Source: Chiloscyllium plagiosum
Lineage: Eukaryota
DNA length: 43,333 nt
Assembly: GCF_004010195.1 (NCBI RefSeq)
Contig: NC_057718.1
Coordinates: forward strand, 68,784,746 to 68,828,078
Reading direction: 5' to 3'
Shown: piece after piece, positions 1 through 13,140 of the stretch
Numbering within the stretch: the first letter of the stretch is position 1
Layout of the letters: every line of letters starts with the position of its first letter
Notes under the pieces: model-generated
Database searches by the model: none
What the model was told of the DNA's origin: nothing
What the model saw: the letters and a program-made list of their open reading frames with translations, nothing else
Position numbers and translations under genes: made by a program

Positions 1-54
1 ATCATTGATCAGAAATACAACAGGATGTGCTACGTATAGACAGTGGCTATAAGT

Positions 55-590
55 CAAAAAGTGTGGTGCTGGAAAAGCACAGCCAGTCAGGCAGCATCCG
101 AGGAGCAGGAGAGTCGATGTTTCGAGCATAAGCTCTTCATCAGGAATGTGGTGGGGGGGCCCAAGGAGACTGAGAGATAAATGGAGTTGGGGGTGGGGCT
201 GTGGGAAAGGTAGTTGGGAATAGGATAGGTAGATGAAGATGGGAGGGGTGATGGTGATAGGTATGAATGGAGAGTGAAGCGGATAGGTGGGCAAGTAGGA
301 CAGATCAAGAGGGCAGTGCCGAGTTGAAGGTTAGATCTGGGATAACGTGGGGGAGGGGACATCAGGAAACAGCTGCAAATCCACATTGATCCCGTGCGGT
401 TGGAGGATCCCAAGGTGGAAGGTGAGGTGTTCTTCCTCCAGGCATCAAGTGGCTAGAATTTGGCAGTTGAGGAGGCCCAGGACCTGCATGTCCTTAGTGG
501 AGTAGAGCTGAAGTGGAGTTGAAGTATTTGGCCACAGGGTGGTGGGGTTGATTGGTGCGTGTGTCCTGGAGATGTTCTCTGAAATGTGGC
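55..590 (-). mobile_element. Penelope-like element (family 1), 3' fragment: GIY-YIG C-terminus plus pLTR
   Basis: Minus strand reads HFREHLQDTRTNQPHHPVAKYFNS...KDMQVLGLL...LEEEHLTFHLGILQPHGINVD, followed by a pLTR with a hammerhead core at 119-143. Confidence 0.8.
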
Positions 591-1212
591 CACAACAGCA
601 GGTCAGAAGTGAGATATACTGCAGTGAGTAACTCACCTCCTGACTCCCCAAAGCCTGTCCACCATCTACAAGGCACAAGTCAGGAATGTGATGGCATATT
701 CCCCACTTGCCTGGATGCGTGCAGCCAAACAACACTCAAGAAGCTTGACACCATCCAGGACAAAGCAACCCGCTTGACTGGCATAACATTCACTACATCC
801 ATTCCCTGCACCACCGACGCTCAAGAGCAGCAGTATGGACTATCTACAAGATGCACTGCAGAAATTCACCAAAGAATTTTACACAGCACCTTCCAAACCC
901 ACAACCACTTCCACCTAGAAGGACAAGGGCAGCAGATGCATGGGAACACCACCACCTTCAAATGTCCCTCCAAGGCACACACCATCCTCACTTAGAAATA
1001 CATCGCCATTCCTTTATTCTCACTGGGACTCCACAAATTCTCTCCCTAATTGTCTGAGCTGAGATGTCACCTTTTTAAATAAAATCTTAAGCTATCTTGG
1101 GAATGTGACACTTGAAAGAAGTCCTGAAATTTAAATATTAATGAATTGAAATCTGCAATCCATTCTAAAAGATGAAAGACTTAACAGAAATTTGGATTTG
1201 TTCAATATGCAC

Positions 1213-1420
1213 ATTCTCCGTGTCAGCGCGGGTCTCCTCCAGATGCTCCGGTTTCCTCCCACAGTCCAAAGATGTGCAGCTCAGGTGAGTCAGCCATGCT
1301 AAATGGCCCATAATGATAGGTGCATTAGGGGCAGGTTACTCTTCGGAGGGTCGGTGTGGACTGGTTGGGAAGAAAGGCCTGTTTCCACACTATAGGGAAT
1401 CTGATCTAATCTAATCTAAT
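1213..1420 (+). mobile_element. HE1-type SINE (5'-truncated)
   Basis: Core GCTCCGGTTTCCTCCCACAGTCCAAAGATGTGCAG, 3' part GGCCTGTTTCCACACT and a (TCTAA)n tail. Confidence 0.8.
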
Positions 1421-1617
1421 ATCATATCAGTTGCATGACACTGTGATCTTATGCTATAAATTCTGTGACTTATGATCCTTCCCCACTAACTTCCTGACGA
1501 AGGAGCAGTGCTCCGAAACCCAGTACTTCCAAATAAATCGTGGGCTGAAGGGCCTGTTCTGTGCTGTACTGTTCTATGTTCTATGTTCTAAATCTGTTGG
1601 ACTATAATCTGGTATTG

Positions 1618-1874
1618 GGAGAAAGTGAGGACTGCAGATGCTGGAGATCAGAGTCGAACGTGTGCTGCTGGAAAAGCACAGCAGGTCAGGCAGCATCCAG
1701 GAACAGGAGAATCAACATTTCGGGCATAAGCCCTTCATCGGAAGAGCAGGAGAATCGATGTTTTGGGCATAAGCCCTTCATCAGGAATTATTGGGTTTAT
1801 GCCCGAAAATGTCGATTCTCCTGCTCCTCAGATGCTGCCTGATCTGCTGTGCTTTTTCAGCACCACATTCTCGC
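1618..1874. mobile_element. Penelope family-1 pLTR insertion in inverted configuration with 16-bp TSD
   Basis: Minus-oriented pLTR at 1618-1787 (with an internal duplication), then a plus-oriented pLTR at ~1793-1874. Flanked by CTATAA(T/C)CTGGTATTG at 1602-1617 and 1875-1890. Confidence 0.8.
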
Positions 1875-2134
1875 CTATAACCTGGTATTGTGTGATTTTT
1901 AATTTTGTCCACCCCAGTCCAACACCAGCACCTCCATCGTTAGAGTTGACCCTAACGACATTGTAGGTCAACTCACAGCAGCTGGATTGCAGCAGTTGAA
2001 GAAGACAACTCACCACCACCTTCTCAAGGACAACTGGGGACAGACAATAAATGCTGACCACATCCCATAAAATAATAATAAAGAGAAGTGATGAACTGTT
2101 TCAAAAAGAAATGGAAAGAAGTATAAATAGAATG

Positions 2135-2810
2135 GAGGAGCAAATTTCTGCAGATGCTGGAATCTGTACTGAAAGCAAACAAAAAAGCGCTGGAAATCAC
2201 AACAGGTCAGGCAACATCCACAGAGAAAGAGGAAGCTAACGTTTTGAGTCTAGATAACTTCATCAAAGCTGACGTGAAGTACGGAGGGGGCAGCATTTAT
2301 GCAATGGTGGTGGGAGAGAAAGGATGTTGATTGTGCAGATTAAGTGATCAGAATGTGAGAATGACAGAACACTGGTGTGTCTAACTGCCAGACTGGAAAG
2401 AACAGACAGTTGCACTGGAGTTGAGGGAGGGGAGAGAGGACATGGTGACAGAGAATATAACAAGTCAAGCTAAAAGGGAAGGAATAGTAGTGAGTTCATA
2501 ATCTGAAGTTGTTGAACTCAATATTGAACCTAGAAGGTTATAAACTGCCTAGTCTTAAGATGAGATGTTGCTGCTCTAGTTTTTGCTGTGATTAGCTGGA
2601 ACATTGCAGCATGCCGAGGACAGACAAGTGGGCATATGAGCAGGATGCAGTGTTAAAATGACTTGCTACAGAAAGATCAGGGTCATGTTTGCGCATGGAC
2701 TGGAGGTGTTCTGCAAAGTGATCACCCAGTCACAGACAGGGTGCAGAACATCTCCGGTCCATGTGCAAGCACGATCCTGACCTTTCCATAGCTGGTCATT
2801 TTAACAAACC
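2135..2810 (-). mobile_element. Penelope-like element (family 3), 3' fragment with inverted 5' end
   Basis: Minus strand LGDHFAEHLQSMRKHDPDLSVASHFN...LEQQHLILRLG (GIY-YIG C-terminus). Degenerate hammerhead at ~2235-2270. 2742-2806 repeats the AEHL..KHDPDL segment on the plus strand. Confidence 0.75.
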
Positions 2811-3789
2811 TAACTAATGACTCAATTTTAAAACAAATTTTACAACAGGTTGCTGTGTATTATATAGAGGCCTCGTCCCCAGGACGCATAAATTATACAA
2901 CCAGTGCCAGACTTAGATGCATATTTTCTGTCGGTGGTACAGATTACTTCCACTTTAGTACTAAAAATAGCAAACATTTTAAAGAGAGTGCTGACATTTG
3001 ATCAGTGTTTTGCAAAAGATATTATCCATTAGAAAGCCATCAAAGTAATGCTGTTGCATTGTTGATCAAAGTTTGTCGCTGAAATATTTTCACTTTACAC
3101 TATTGGTTGTCATGCATTTAGCTGCCTTGGTGTTAAAAGTCCAGTTTTCTTTCCAAGAAAGTCTTCTCTTGCAGCTCATCTTTCTCCTTTGAGATGCACA
3201 TCAAAAAGTTGTTTAATTATATTGCACGATTTTGCTGCGACTCATGTAATTCTCAAGCATGAAACTTCTGCTTTGCTAATACAATGAATTATTGTTAAAT
3301 TTAGGGAATCCTGAAGGAATTGTGTGCAAAATGTGAAATTGTGAAAGCAAACTGCAATTTTGGGCTTTTGGTCAGAAAAGTAGAACTGAATAGGAACAAC
3401 TAAAAATTCTGTAATCATAGAATCACATCATAGAACCACAGAACTTTCATAGAACAGACAGAGAGCCATTAAGCACATATTTATGCCAACTCTTTGAATG
3501 AGTAAATCATCTCATCCAATCACCTAACTTCCCCCAACAAACTGCACATTCTTCCCTCTTGAATACCTAGATTGAACCTACCTTCAACGTGCTCTCAAAC
3601 AGCAGATTCCCAATCTTAACCACTTGCAGTGTGATAAGCTTTCTTCTCGAGTTCATTGCTTCTTGTAGCACAGGAAGAGACCATTTCATTTACTGTCATC
3701 AAGTTGAGAGAGTCCTCTGATTAGTTCCAATCTTCAACCTTTCTCCATAGTTCTGTAAAATGTGAACCATTTCTTTATTTTAGTTTGCT

Positions 3790-6700
3790 ATCGTGGAGGA
3801 ACCTGTGTGGGAGAGCTCACAGCACAGGAGTAGATAAGTGCATAGTTTTTAATGTGTAACCTTGCTGTAAGTTGACAGTAGTGAGTAGAGTGGTTTCTTT
3901 CTTGATTGTATGTTTTACTGAGATCTGTCTTTTGATTAAGTTTTAAAAATATAAACCGTAAGTACCAAGTTAGCCTGGAGCATGTTTTTTTTAACAGCAA
4001 AAGGACAGTGCTATTTTCTGTGTCTGTAGGTTGTGAAGGAGCAAAAATGGCCTTTAGCAGAATGAAATGTTCTTCCTGTTAGATGTGGGAGTTTAGGGAG
4101 AGCTCACATGTTACTGAGGATTATGTCTGCAGGAAGTGCCTTTGGTCATGAATCCTATCAGATTGAATGGATTGGTTGGAGCAACAATTAGAGGCAATGA
4201 GGAATTTACAAGAGCAAGGAGGTGTGATGGATGGAGATTATAGATAGGGAGCAAAGGCGCTGATACAGTCAGTTAGATGGGTTAGCTCCAGGAAAGATAG
4301 GAGGAATAGGCAGACAGTACAGGAGTCTTCTGTGGCTATCCCCATTTCAAACAAGTACGCTATTTTTGGAAATATAGGGGGTGATGGACTCTCAGGGGAG
4401 TGTAGCACAAACAGCCAAGTTTCTGATATCAAGACAGGCTCTAACGTAAGAAGGAGTATGTTGGGTTCCAAGTGATCAATTGTGTTATAGGACTTTCAAG
4501 TCAGAGGCACAGACAGACATTTCCGTGGCCAGCAGCAAAAAATCAGAATGGTGTGTTGCTTCCCTGGTGCCAGGATCAAGGATATCTCAGAGAAGGTGCA
4601 GAATGTTTTCAAAGTGGAGAGGGTCCAGCAGGAGGTCATTATACACATTGGAACCAATGACATAGGAAGGGAAAAGGTTGAGATTCTGAAGGGAGAATAT
4701 AAAGTTAAGCAGGAATTTAAAAATGCGGTCCTTGAGGGTAGTAATATCTGGATTACTCCTGGTGCTATGAGCGAGAGAGGGTAGAAATAGGAGGATAGAG
4801 CAGATGAATGCATGGCTGAGGAGCTAGTGCATGGGAGAAGGATTCACATTTTTGGATCATTGGAATCTCTTCAGGGGTAGAAGTGACCTGTACAAGAAGG
4901 TTGGATTGCACCTGAATTGGAAGGGGACTAATATACTGGCAGGGAGATTTGCTAAAGTTGCTTGGGAGGATTTAAACTAGTAAGGTGGGGCGTGGTGGGA
5001 CCCAGTGAGGTAGTGAGGAAAAAAATCAATCTGAGACTGGTTCAGTCGGGAAAAAGAGTGAGTCAGTCAGAGCAGGCAAGGCCAAAACAGAGAACAAGGT
5101 AGGACTGATAAATTAAACTGCATTTCAATGCAAAAGGCCTAACAGGGAAGGCAAATGAACTAAGGGCCTAGTTAGGAACATGGGACTGGGATATCATAAC
5201 AATTACAGAAACGTGGCAGAAACTGGCAGCTTAATGTTCCGGGATACAAATGCTACAGGAAGGACAGAAAGGGGACAAGAGAGGAGGGGGAGTGGCGTTT
5301 TGATAAGGGAGGATATTCTTGGGAATACATCCAGGGATGTTATTTGGGTGGAACTGAGAAATAATCTCACCTTATTGAGATTGTATTATACACCAACTAA
5401 TAGTCAGCAGGAAATTGAGAAACAAATTTGTAATGAAATTTCAGTTATTTGTAAGAATAATAGGGTGGTTATGGTAGGGGATTTTAACTTTCCAAACCTA
5501 GACTGGGATTGCCATTGTGTTAAGGGTTCAGATGGAGAGGAATTTGTTAAGTATGTACAAAAAAAAATTCTGATTCAGTATGTAGATAAACCTACTAGAG
5601 AAGGTGCAAAACTTGACCTACTCTTGGGAAATAAGGCAGGGCAGGTGAATGAGGTGTCAGTGGGGGAGCACTTTGGGGCCAGTGACCATAATTTTATTAG
5701 TTTTAATATTGTGATGGAAAAGGATAGATCGGATCTAAAAGTTGAAGTTCTAAATTGAAGGAAGGCTGATTTTGACGGTATTAGTCAAAAACTTTCAAAA
5801 GCTAATTGGGGGCAGTTGTTCGCAGGTAAAGGGATGGCTGGAAAATGGGAAGCTTTCAGAAATGAGATAAAGAGAGTCCGGGGCAGTATATTGCTGTTAG
5901 GGTGAAAGGAAAGGCTGTTAGGTATAGGGAATGCTGGATGACTAGAGAAATTGAGGTTTTGGTAAAGAAAAAGATGGAAGCATATGTCAGGTATAGACAG
6001 GTTAGATTGAGTGAATCCTTAGAAGAGTATAAATCAGTAGGAGTATACTTAAGAGGGAAATCAGGAGGGCAGAAAGGGGACATGAAATAGCTTTGGCAAA
6101 TAGGGTTAATGAGAATCCAAATGGTTTTTATAAATACATTAAGGGCAAAAGGGTAACTAGGGAGAGAATAGGACCTCTCAAAGATCAGCAAGACAGCCTA
6201 TGTATGGAGCCACAGGAGAAGGGGGGAATACTAAATGAGTATTTTGCATCAATGTTTACTGTGGAGAAGGACATGGAACACACAGAATGTGGGGAAATAG
6301 ATGGTGACATCTTGAAACATGTCCATATTACAGAGGAGGGGTGCTGGCTGTCTTGAAATGCATAGAAGTGGATAAATCCCCAGGAGGGAATCCTGACGGA
6401 CAGGATTTACAAACATTTGGAGAGGCAAGGACTGATTAGGGATAGTCAGCATGGCTTTGTCCGTGGAAAATCATGTCTCCCGAACTTGATTGAGATTTTT
6501 GAAGAAGTAACGAAGAGACTTGATGAGTGGTGGACCTGCTCTGTATGGACTTCAAGTAAGGCGTTCGACAAAGCATCCCATGTGAGACTGGTTAGTAAGG
6601 TTAGATCTCATGGAATACTGGGAAAAGTAGCCATTTGAGTACAGAATGAACTCGAAGGTAGAAGACAGAATGGTGGTGGAGGGTTGCTTTTCAGACTGGA

Positions 6701-7618
6701 GACCTGTGACCAGTGGTGTGCTACAAGGATCTTGGTGGTGCTTGGTCCACTACTTTTCATCAGTAGCAGATTAGATAAATGCGAGGTGCTGCATTTTGGG
6801 AAAACAAATCTTATCAGGACTTATACACTTAATGGCAAGGTCCTAGGGAGTGTTGCTGAACAAAGAGACCTTAGGGTGCAGGTTCATAGTTTCTTGAATG
6901 TTGAGTCGCAGGTAGGTAGGAGAGTGAAGATGGCATTTGGTATGCTTTCCTTTTATTGGTCAGAATATTGAGTACAGGAGTTGGGAGGTCATGTTGTGGC
7001 TGTACAGGACATTGGTTAGGCCACTGTTGGAAAATTGTGTGCAATTCTGGTCTCCTTTCTGTCGGAAGGATGTTGTGAAATGTGAGAGGGTTCAGAAAAG
7101 ATTTACAAGGATGTTGCCAGGGTTGGAGGATTTGAGCTATAGGGACAGGCTGAACAGGCTGGGGCTGTTTTCCCTGGAGCGTTGGAGGCTGAGGGGTGAC
7201 CTTATAGCAGTTTATAAAATCATAAGGGGCATGGATAGGATAAATAGATAAAGTCTTTTCCCTGGGGTGGGGGAGTGCAGAACTAGAGGGCATAGGTTTA
7301 GGGTAAGAGGGGAAAGATATAAAAGGGACCTAAGGGGCAACTTTTTCATGCAGAGGGTGGTGCGTGTATGGAATGAGCGATCAGAGGAAGTGGTGCTGAG
7401 GGTGGTGCATGTGTGGAATGAGCTGTCAGAGGAAGTGGTGGAGGCTGATACAATTACAACATTTGAAAGGCATCTAGATGGGTATATGAATAGGAAGGGT
7501 TTCGAGGGATAAGGGTCAGATGCTGGCAAATGGGACTAGATTAGGTTAGGATATCTGGTTAGCATGGACGAGTTGAACTGAAGGGTCAGATTCCATGCTG
7601 TACATCTATGACTGTATG
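3790..7618 (+). mobile_element. Near-full-length decayed CR1 LINE (ORF1 zinc finger + SGNH esterase; ORF2 APE + RT with internal deletions)
   Basis: ORF1 from ATG 4047 (CSSC..CRKC; VCCFPGARIKD; HIGTNDIG). APE motifs GDFNFP and SDH at 5180-5758. RT SQHGF..GKSC..DFSKAFDK. Deletions near 6385 and 6762, the latter removing the FADD motif. CR1 3' tail ends CTATGACTGTATG. Many stops and frameshifts. Confidence 0.9.
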
Positions 7619-7619
7619 T

Positions 7620-7910
7620 TCTCCCCTCCCAGATCCTGCTTACTGTCCTTTCAAGTCTGGCAGGAGGCACACTATTGTTCTGCCATTCTCACATTCTGAT
7701 CACTTAATGTAAACTACTAACATCTTTTCTCCACCAACACACTACACCCACTACCATCACCACCACCCCACCAACTATAGCATAAATGATGTCCCCTCCA
7801 CTTCACTTCAGCTCTAACGAAGAGTTATCCACACTCGAAACATTAGCTTACTCTCTCTCCATGGATGCTGCCTCACCTGATATGATCTCCAGCATTTTGT
7901 TATTTTCAGT
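7620..7910 (+). mobile_element. Penelope family-3 pLTR fragment
   Basis: Reverse-complement match to 2140-2400, with degenerate hammerhead CAGCTCTAACGAAGAGTTATCCACACTCGAAACATTAGCT at ~7809-7848. Confidence 0.65.
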
Positions 7911-7914
7911 CCTG

Positions 7915-8510
7915 AACTGAGGGCATTGTTGCTTAGTTTGCAGATGACACAAAAGTCAATGGAGGGACAGGTGGTATTCAGGATGCGGGGAGGCTGCAGA
8001 CGGACTTGTACATACTAGGGAGTGGACAAACAAGTAGTAGATGGAATACAGTGTTGGAACGTGTGAGGCTGTGCACTTTGGTAGGAAGAATAGAGGCATA
8101 GAATATTTTCTAAATGGGAAATTACTTCTGATATCTGGACCACAAAGCAAATTGGGAATCGTAGTTCAGGATTCCCTTAAGCTGGTATGCTTGGTGGTTA
8201 GGATGTCAAATGCAATGTTAGCATTAATTTCAAGAGGACTAGAATGTAACTGCTGAGGCTGGATGAGGCTCTGCTCAGACCACATTTGGAAGATCCCCAC
8301 CATCCCCTGAGTGAAACAGTTTTTCCTCACATCTCCCTTGCCTTAAATCTACACCCCTGGTTAATCATGTCATTTCACATGTTCCTCTGTTCTGAGAAAA
8401 ATAACCCCAATCTTTCCAATCCTTATTTATAATTGAAACTCTACAGCCCAGGCAACAAGCTAGTAAATCTCCTCTGCACTCCCTCCAGTGCTATCATATC
8501 CCATCTTTTA
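7915..8510. mobile_element. Two CR1 RT fragments (plus ~7915-8290; minus ~8295-8510)
   Basis: FADDTK and CEAVHFGRKN on plus; CR1 3' region on minus. Confidence 0.6.
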
Positions 8511-8512
8511 AG

Positions 8513-11500
8513 TGTAACCCAGAGATCAATGGATTGGACCCTCCTCTGCTATATGCTGTGTGCACTGCTGAGGTATGACAGTATTCCTGGGTAGCACTGC
8601 TCCATATATAGTGTGAGGAGGAAAAATATATATAAACAGGAGATTAGATCTCTTCAGTAAAAAAACGTGATGTAATCAGAAGTGTTTACCAAAACCCTTG
8701 AGGTTTTCAGGGAGAGGTGGGCACCATGGAGTATTTTATTTCCCCCTTGGAGAAAAAAAAGAAAAAACAGTAGTCTCAGAAGTTCTGTCCACTCTATGAG
8801 CCGGTTCTGAGCTAGCTGGATCAGTATCATGTACTATGTGCATGCAAATAAAGGGTGACTTAGTGATGGGACACTGGCCTTCATAAAGTTATTTCATTGG
8901 CAGTGAGAGAAGATTCGCTCGCAACAGTCTTCTTTGAGGTAAGCATTGCTGGCATCATGCTGCTATTTGGAAAGCTTGACTTCTTCAATCATAACATCAG
9001 AGACTGGTCCCAGTATGTGGGAAAAATGCGTTATCTTTTCTGAGCAAACGGCATTGGGGCAGATGAAAAGCAATGAGTAATTCTCCTGCCAGTTTGTGGA
9101 CCCGCAACTTTTTTAGTTATTAGGAGCCTAACTTTCCCTGAGGCAAAGATGCTAAAACCTTTCAAGAGTTGACAGATTCAACTGAGGTCTATTACAACCC
9201 TAAGTCTCCTCTAATTCTTAGACTCTATCAGGATTACTCGACAATTTGACAACTGTAGAGGCACGTGAGTTTGGTTCAACCGTAAGTGAGACTCTAAGGG
9301 ACTGCTATGTGGGGTTAATGATGTAATCATGCAAAAGTGCCTACTAGCTGAAGTCCAACTGGACTTCAAGCAGGCCTTCGTCATTAGAAAATGTGGCAAG
9401 TGGAACATATGGTTACAAGGTATGAAGTGGTCACCCTTGCCAAGGTCAACTGTCTTGAGGAACACCACCTGAGTGAAGGCAATTGAATAGCTTCATTCAA
9501 GACATATCCTGAACAGATATCCTAGGTCAGCACACAGCAAAATTCCAAAACAAAGCCCAGCCTCAGCCAAATGGGTAAAATTTTCTTAATGGTCTTTACC
9601 AGCAGACCATTGTTATTGCTGCCAGTATGCGGACTTGAGACAGCGAAAGAGTCCCACTAAGCTTGAATTGAGTATGAAATTCATAGACCAGTATCCTGGA
9701 GAGTGCACACCCTGGGAAATCCATCTACATCTGATTTGGAACAGTCAAATTGCATGTCAACATCCAAATCAGAACCAATCAAAATAAACGTCTGGTTAAA
9801 TGGTCACCCAGTTCTAATGGAGGTTGATACTGGTGCAGCTATATCAATGATTGTGGAACCAGTCTTTACCAAAATTCACTCTGGATTCCAACCTTTAAGT
9901 TTACATAAGACTTGGTGAGGTAAAAAACTCATATGTACTGAGGAACCTTTACAGATAAAGGTATGGTTTCTTATAAGAAGCAGCTGGGTCAGTTATCACT
10001 GATTGTAGTGAAAGGCTTGGGGCCAAGCTTGAGAGGGTGAATTGATTGAGAAAGATTAACTTGATTAGCTTAACATTTTTCATTTGAAAAATGGCTGCCT
10101 GAGTGAAGTCCTAATGAAATAACCAGAAGTGTTTCAGGACGGTCTAGGGACTATCAAAGAGCTAAGGCCACCTCACACAGAATCCCTATAGTGTGGAAAC
10201 AGGCCCTTCAGCCCAACGAGTCCACACCAACCCTCTGAAGAGTAACCCACCCAGACCCATCCCCCCATTACTCTACATTTACCCCAGACTAATACCTAAC
10301 TTACACATCCCTGAACACTATGGACAACTTAGATTAGATTAGATTACCTACAGTGTGGAAACAGGCCCTTTGGCCCAACAAGTCCACACCGATCCTCCGA
10401 AGAGAAACCAACCCCCCTATATTTACCCCTGACTAATCCACCTAACACTATGGGCAATTTTAGCATGGCCAATTCACCTAAGCTGCATATCTTTGGACTG
10501 TGGGAGGAAACCGGAGCACCCGGAGGAAACCCACGCAGACACGGGGAGAATGTGCAAACTCCACACAGACAATTGCCTGAGGTGGGAATTGAACCTGGGT
10601 CCCTGGCACTGTGAAGCAGCAGTGCTAACCACTGCTAAGCCCCCGTAGTGTTAGGTGAAGGGGTAAATGTAGGGGAATGGGTCTGGCTGGGTTGCGCTTC
10701 GGCGGGTCGGTGTGGACTTATTGGGCCGGAGGGCCTGTTTCCACACTGTAAGTAATGTAATATCTCAATCTAATTAAAAAAATCTAAGTAATCTAATATC
10801 TGACAATTTAGCATGGCTAAATCACCTAACCTGCACATCTTTGGATTGTGGGAGGAAACTGGAGCACCCGGAGGAAACCCACGCAGACACGGGGATAATG
10901 CGCAAACTCCACACAGACAAATCTTCTACAAATCTTCTCAAAACTCGCTAAGACAGTTGCCCAAGGCAGGAATTGTATCTGGCGCTGTGGCAATAGTACT
11001 AACCACTGAGCCATCGTGCCACCCCAAAAAGCAATTCTACCATTCTGCAAGGCCTGCCCAGTGCCATTTGCTTTACAGGCAAAAGTAGAGGCAGAAATCA
11101 GGAGACTGAAAGGATCATCAAACCAGTACAGTTCACAGAATGGGCAGCACCAGTTGTACCAAATGTGAAGCCTGACAGGTCGGTTTGCCTTTGTGGGGAT
11201 TTCAAACAAACAGTAAACTGTTTTTTGCAGCTGGATGATTACCTTGCATAGAGGACTTATACACAAAACTGGTGAGCCATGCATGCCTGCATTGGCAGTT
11301 AGATGAGGATTCCTAAAAGTATTACAATTAATGCTTATAAAGGTTTCTATCAATATACGAGACTGTCTATCGACGTATCATCAAGCTGTGCCATTTTCCA
11401 ATGGACAACATTTTACAAGGTCTACCTCAGGGTGCCAATTATCTGGCCTACTTGCTAATAACAGGGAAGATCAGTAAAGAGCATTTAGAGAACTTAGAGA

Positions 11501-13140
11501 AAGTGCTTAAATGTTTTTCTAATGCATGTGTACTCATTAGGAAGAAAAGAATGTGTTCCAGGTGCCCCAAGTGACCTACTTGGGCTACAAGGTTGACAAG
11601 ACTGGGTTACACCCATTGGAAGATAAAGTGACGGTGACCAAGGTGGCCCAACTCCCACAACAGTGTTGGATCTGAGGTTTTTTTGGGTTGGTGAATTATA
11701 ATGGAAAATTCATACACAACCTGACCGCCATCCTGGTACCATTATATCTGCTATTATAAAAGGATCAGCCTTGGAAATGGTCTCATAACCAAGGCATAAC
11801 CTTGAGGGAAGTGAAGAAGCAGTTATGATCATCTAAGGTGTTGGCACACAAGTGAGTTTTGGTGCTGAAATGCAAAGCCTCCCTGTATGGTACAGGGTAG
11901 TGTTGGCTCACCTGTGGCTCAAAGTGAGGCCCATGGTGTATGCTACCTGGACTTTGGTTGATGCCAAACAAGAATATGCCCAGATAGAGAAGGAAGATTT
12001 GGCAGTCACCTTGGTGTGAGAATATTCCATCAATACCTTTACGGACGTAAATTATGAATAATAATGGACAAGAAACCCCTGATAAGGCTACTTAAAGAGG
12101 TCAGAGCTATACTGTCCATAGCTTCAGGTCAAATTCAGTGTTGGGCTCTTACTCTGAGTGTGTACAATTATAAGTTGGAACACTGTCCGGGAGGCCAAGT
12201 GGCAAATGCCTTGAATTACCTCCCTCTGGCGGATCCACCACTGGTGGTGAAGAAGAGTTCATTAGAAGAGTTCATTCTTATTTTAAACTTTCTGGTCACT
12301 GCTGAGAATACCTGACCGTGGACACCAAAGGATGTGGTACTGACAAAACTTGAAACAGCTAGTAGTGATGGGAGAAAGAAAGTGGTCATCACAAGCAGAA
12401 TTGAAAACTTCTGGACTTGGAGAGCTCAGATCTCCATAAAGATTGGCATATTATTACGGGAGCAAGAGTGGTTGGCCCGAGCAAAGGTCCTTACCAGAAA
12501 CTGGCTGAACCCCACCAGGGTCATCCAGGGGTTTCAAATGAAGATGCTGGTGAGATGTTATGGTTGGTGGCCAGGACTAGATGTAGATATAGTTGGATTG
12601 GTGGGGCAATGCCCAGAATGCTAGGGGCCAAAATTACTGCCAGTAGCTCCCCCTCATTCATTAGAATGGCCAGGTGAACCCTGAACTCAGTTACACTTCA
12701 ACTCTTGGTTCCTTTCATGGGCTATATGGGTCATTGTGAATGCCTATTCAAAGTGATGGGATGTTTACAGAGTTCATTAGTCAAACATGGGCATGATGAT
12801 AGAAAAGTTGTGAGCATCTTTTGCAATACGTGGACTCCCAGTGGTGTTAGTCACAGACAAGAGGCCATCATGTATCAGCAGGAAATTCAATATTTGCTAG
12901 AGTTGAATGGCATTCAGTATATAAAGACAACTCCATACCATCCACCATCCAATAGTCTGGCGGAAGCAGCAGTCCGAACTTTGAAGGCAGTCTTAAAGAA
13001 ACAGCATACAGCTTCACACAATATCAAACATCTCAGTTCTTGTTTGATTACAGGACCACTCCTCATGCAACTACAGAATAGCTCCACTAGAGTTGCTAAT
13101 GGGAAGAAGATTCCGCATCAGGTTAAACCTGATCTTCCTG
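8513..13140 (+). mobile_element. Decayed Ty3/Gypsy LTR retrotransposon, Mag/K02A2.6-like (5' LTR 8513-8896, gag-PR-RT-RH-IN, no 3' LTR seen)
   Basis: TG..CA LTR with AATAAA, PBS-like TGGCAGTGAG at 8898, gag ATG at 8957. Protease MEVDTGAAIS at ~9817. RT WAAPVVP..GDFKQTVN at ~11140. Integrase HQGHPG..WWPGLD..CPEC and PYHPPSN.LAE.AVRTLK. Confidence 0.85.
10178..11025. mobile_element. Nested HE1 SINE cluster inserted between the Gypsy protease and RT
   Basis: Outer minus copy (10178-10332 + 10812-11025) is split by an inner minus+plus pair (10333-10801). Confidence 0.8.

Larger units (their letters stand above)
1050..1940 (+). mobile_element. Penelope-associated element (family 2), itself interrupted by an HE1 SINE, a CR1 tail and a family-1 insert
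   Basis: Shares CTGA(C/T)GAAGGAGC..GCTCCGAAA...CTGTTGGACTATAACCTGGT..GTGTGATTTTT..CACCCCAGTCCAACACC with the copies at 33880-34260 and 42010-42135. Confidence 0.65.
590..2085 (+). mobile_element. Old CR1/L2-group LINE 3' end, interrupted by nested inserts at ~1050-1945
   Basis: RT C-terminal motifs YKAQVRNVM..SPLAW / LKKLDTIQDKA across frameshifts. The 3' tail resumes at ~1950 (CCCTAA on both sides of the insert). Confidence 0.65.

Noticed and set aside
5180..5758. 192-aa ORF as an independent gene
   Set aside because: It is the APE endonuclease portion of a disrupted CR1 ORF2.
7350..7443. 45-bp direct repeat
   Set aside because: Local tandem duplication within the CR1 3' region; not an array or CRISPR-like structure.
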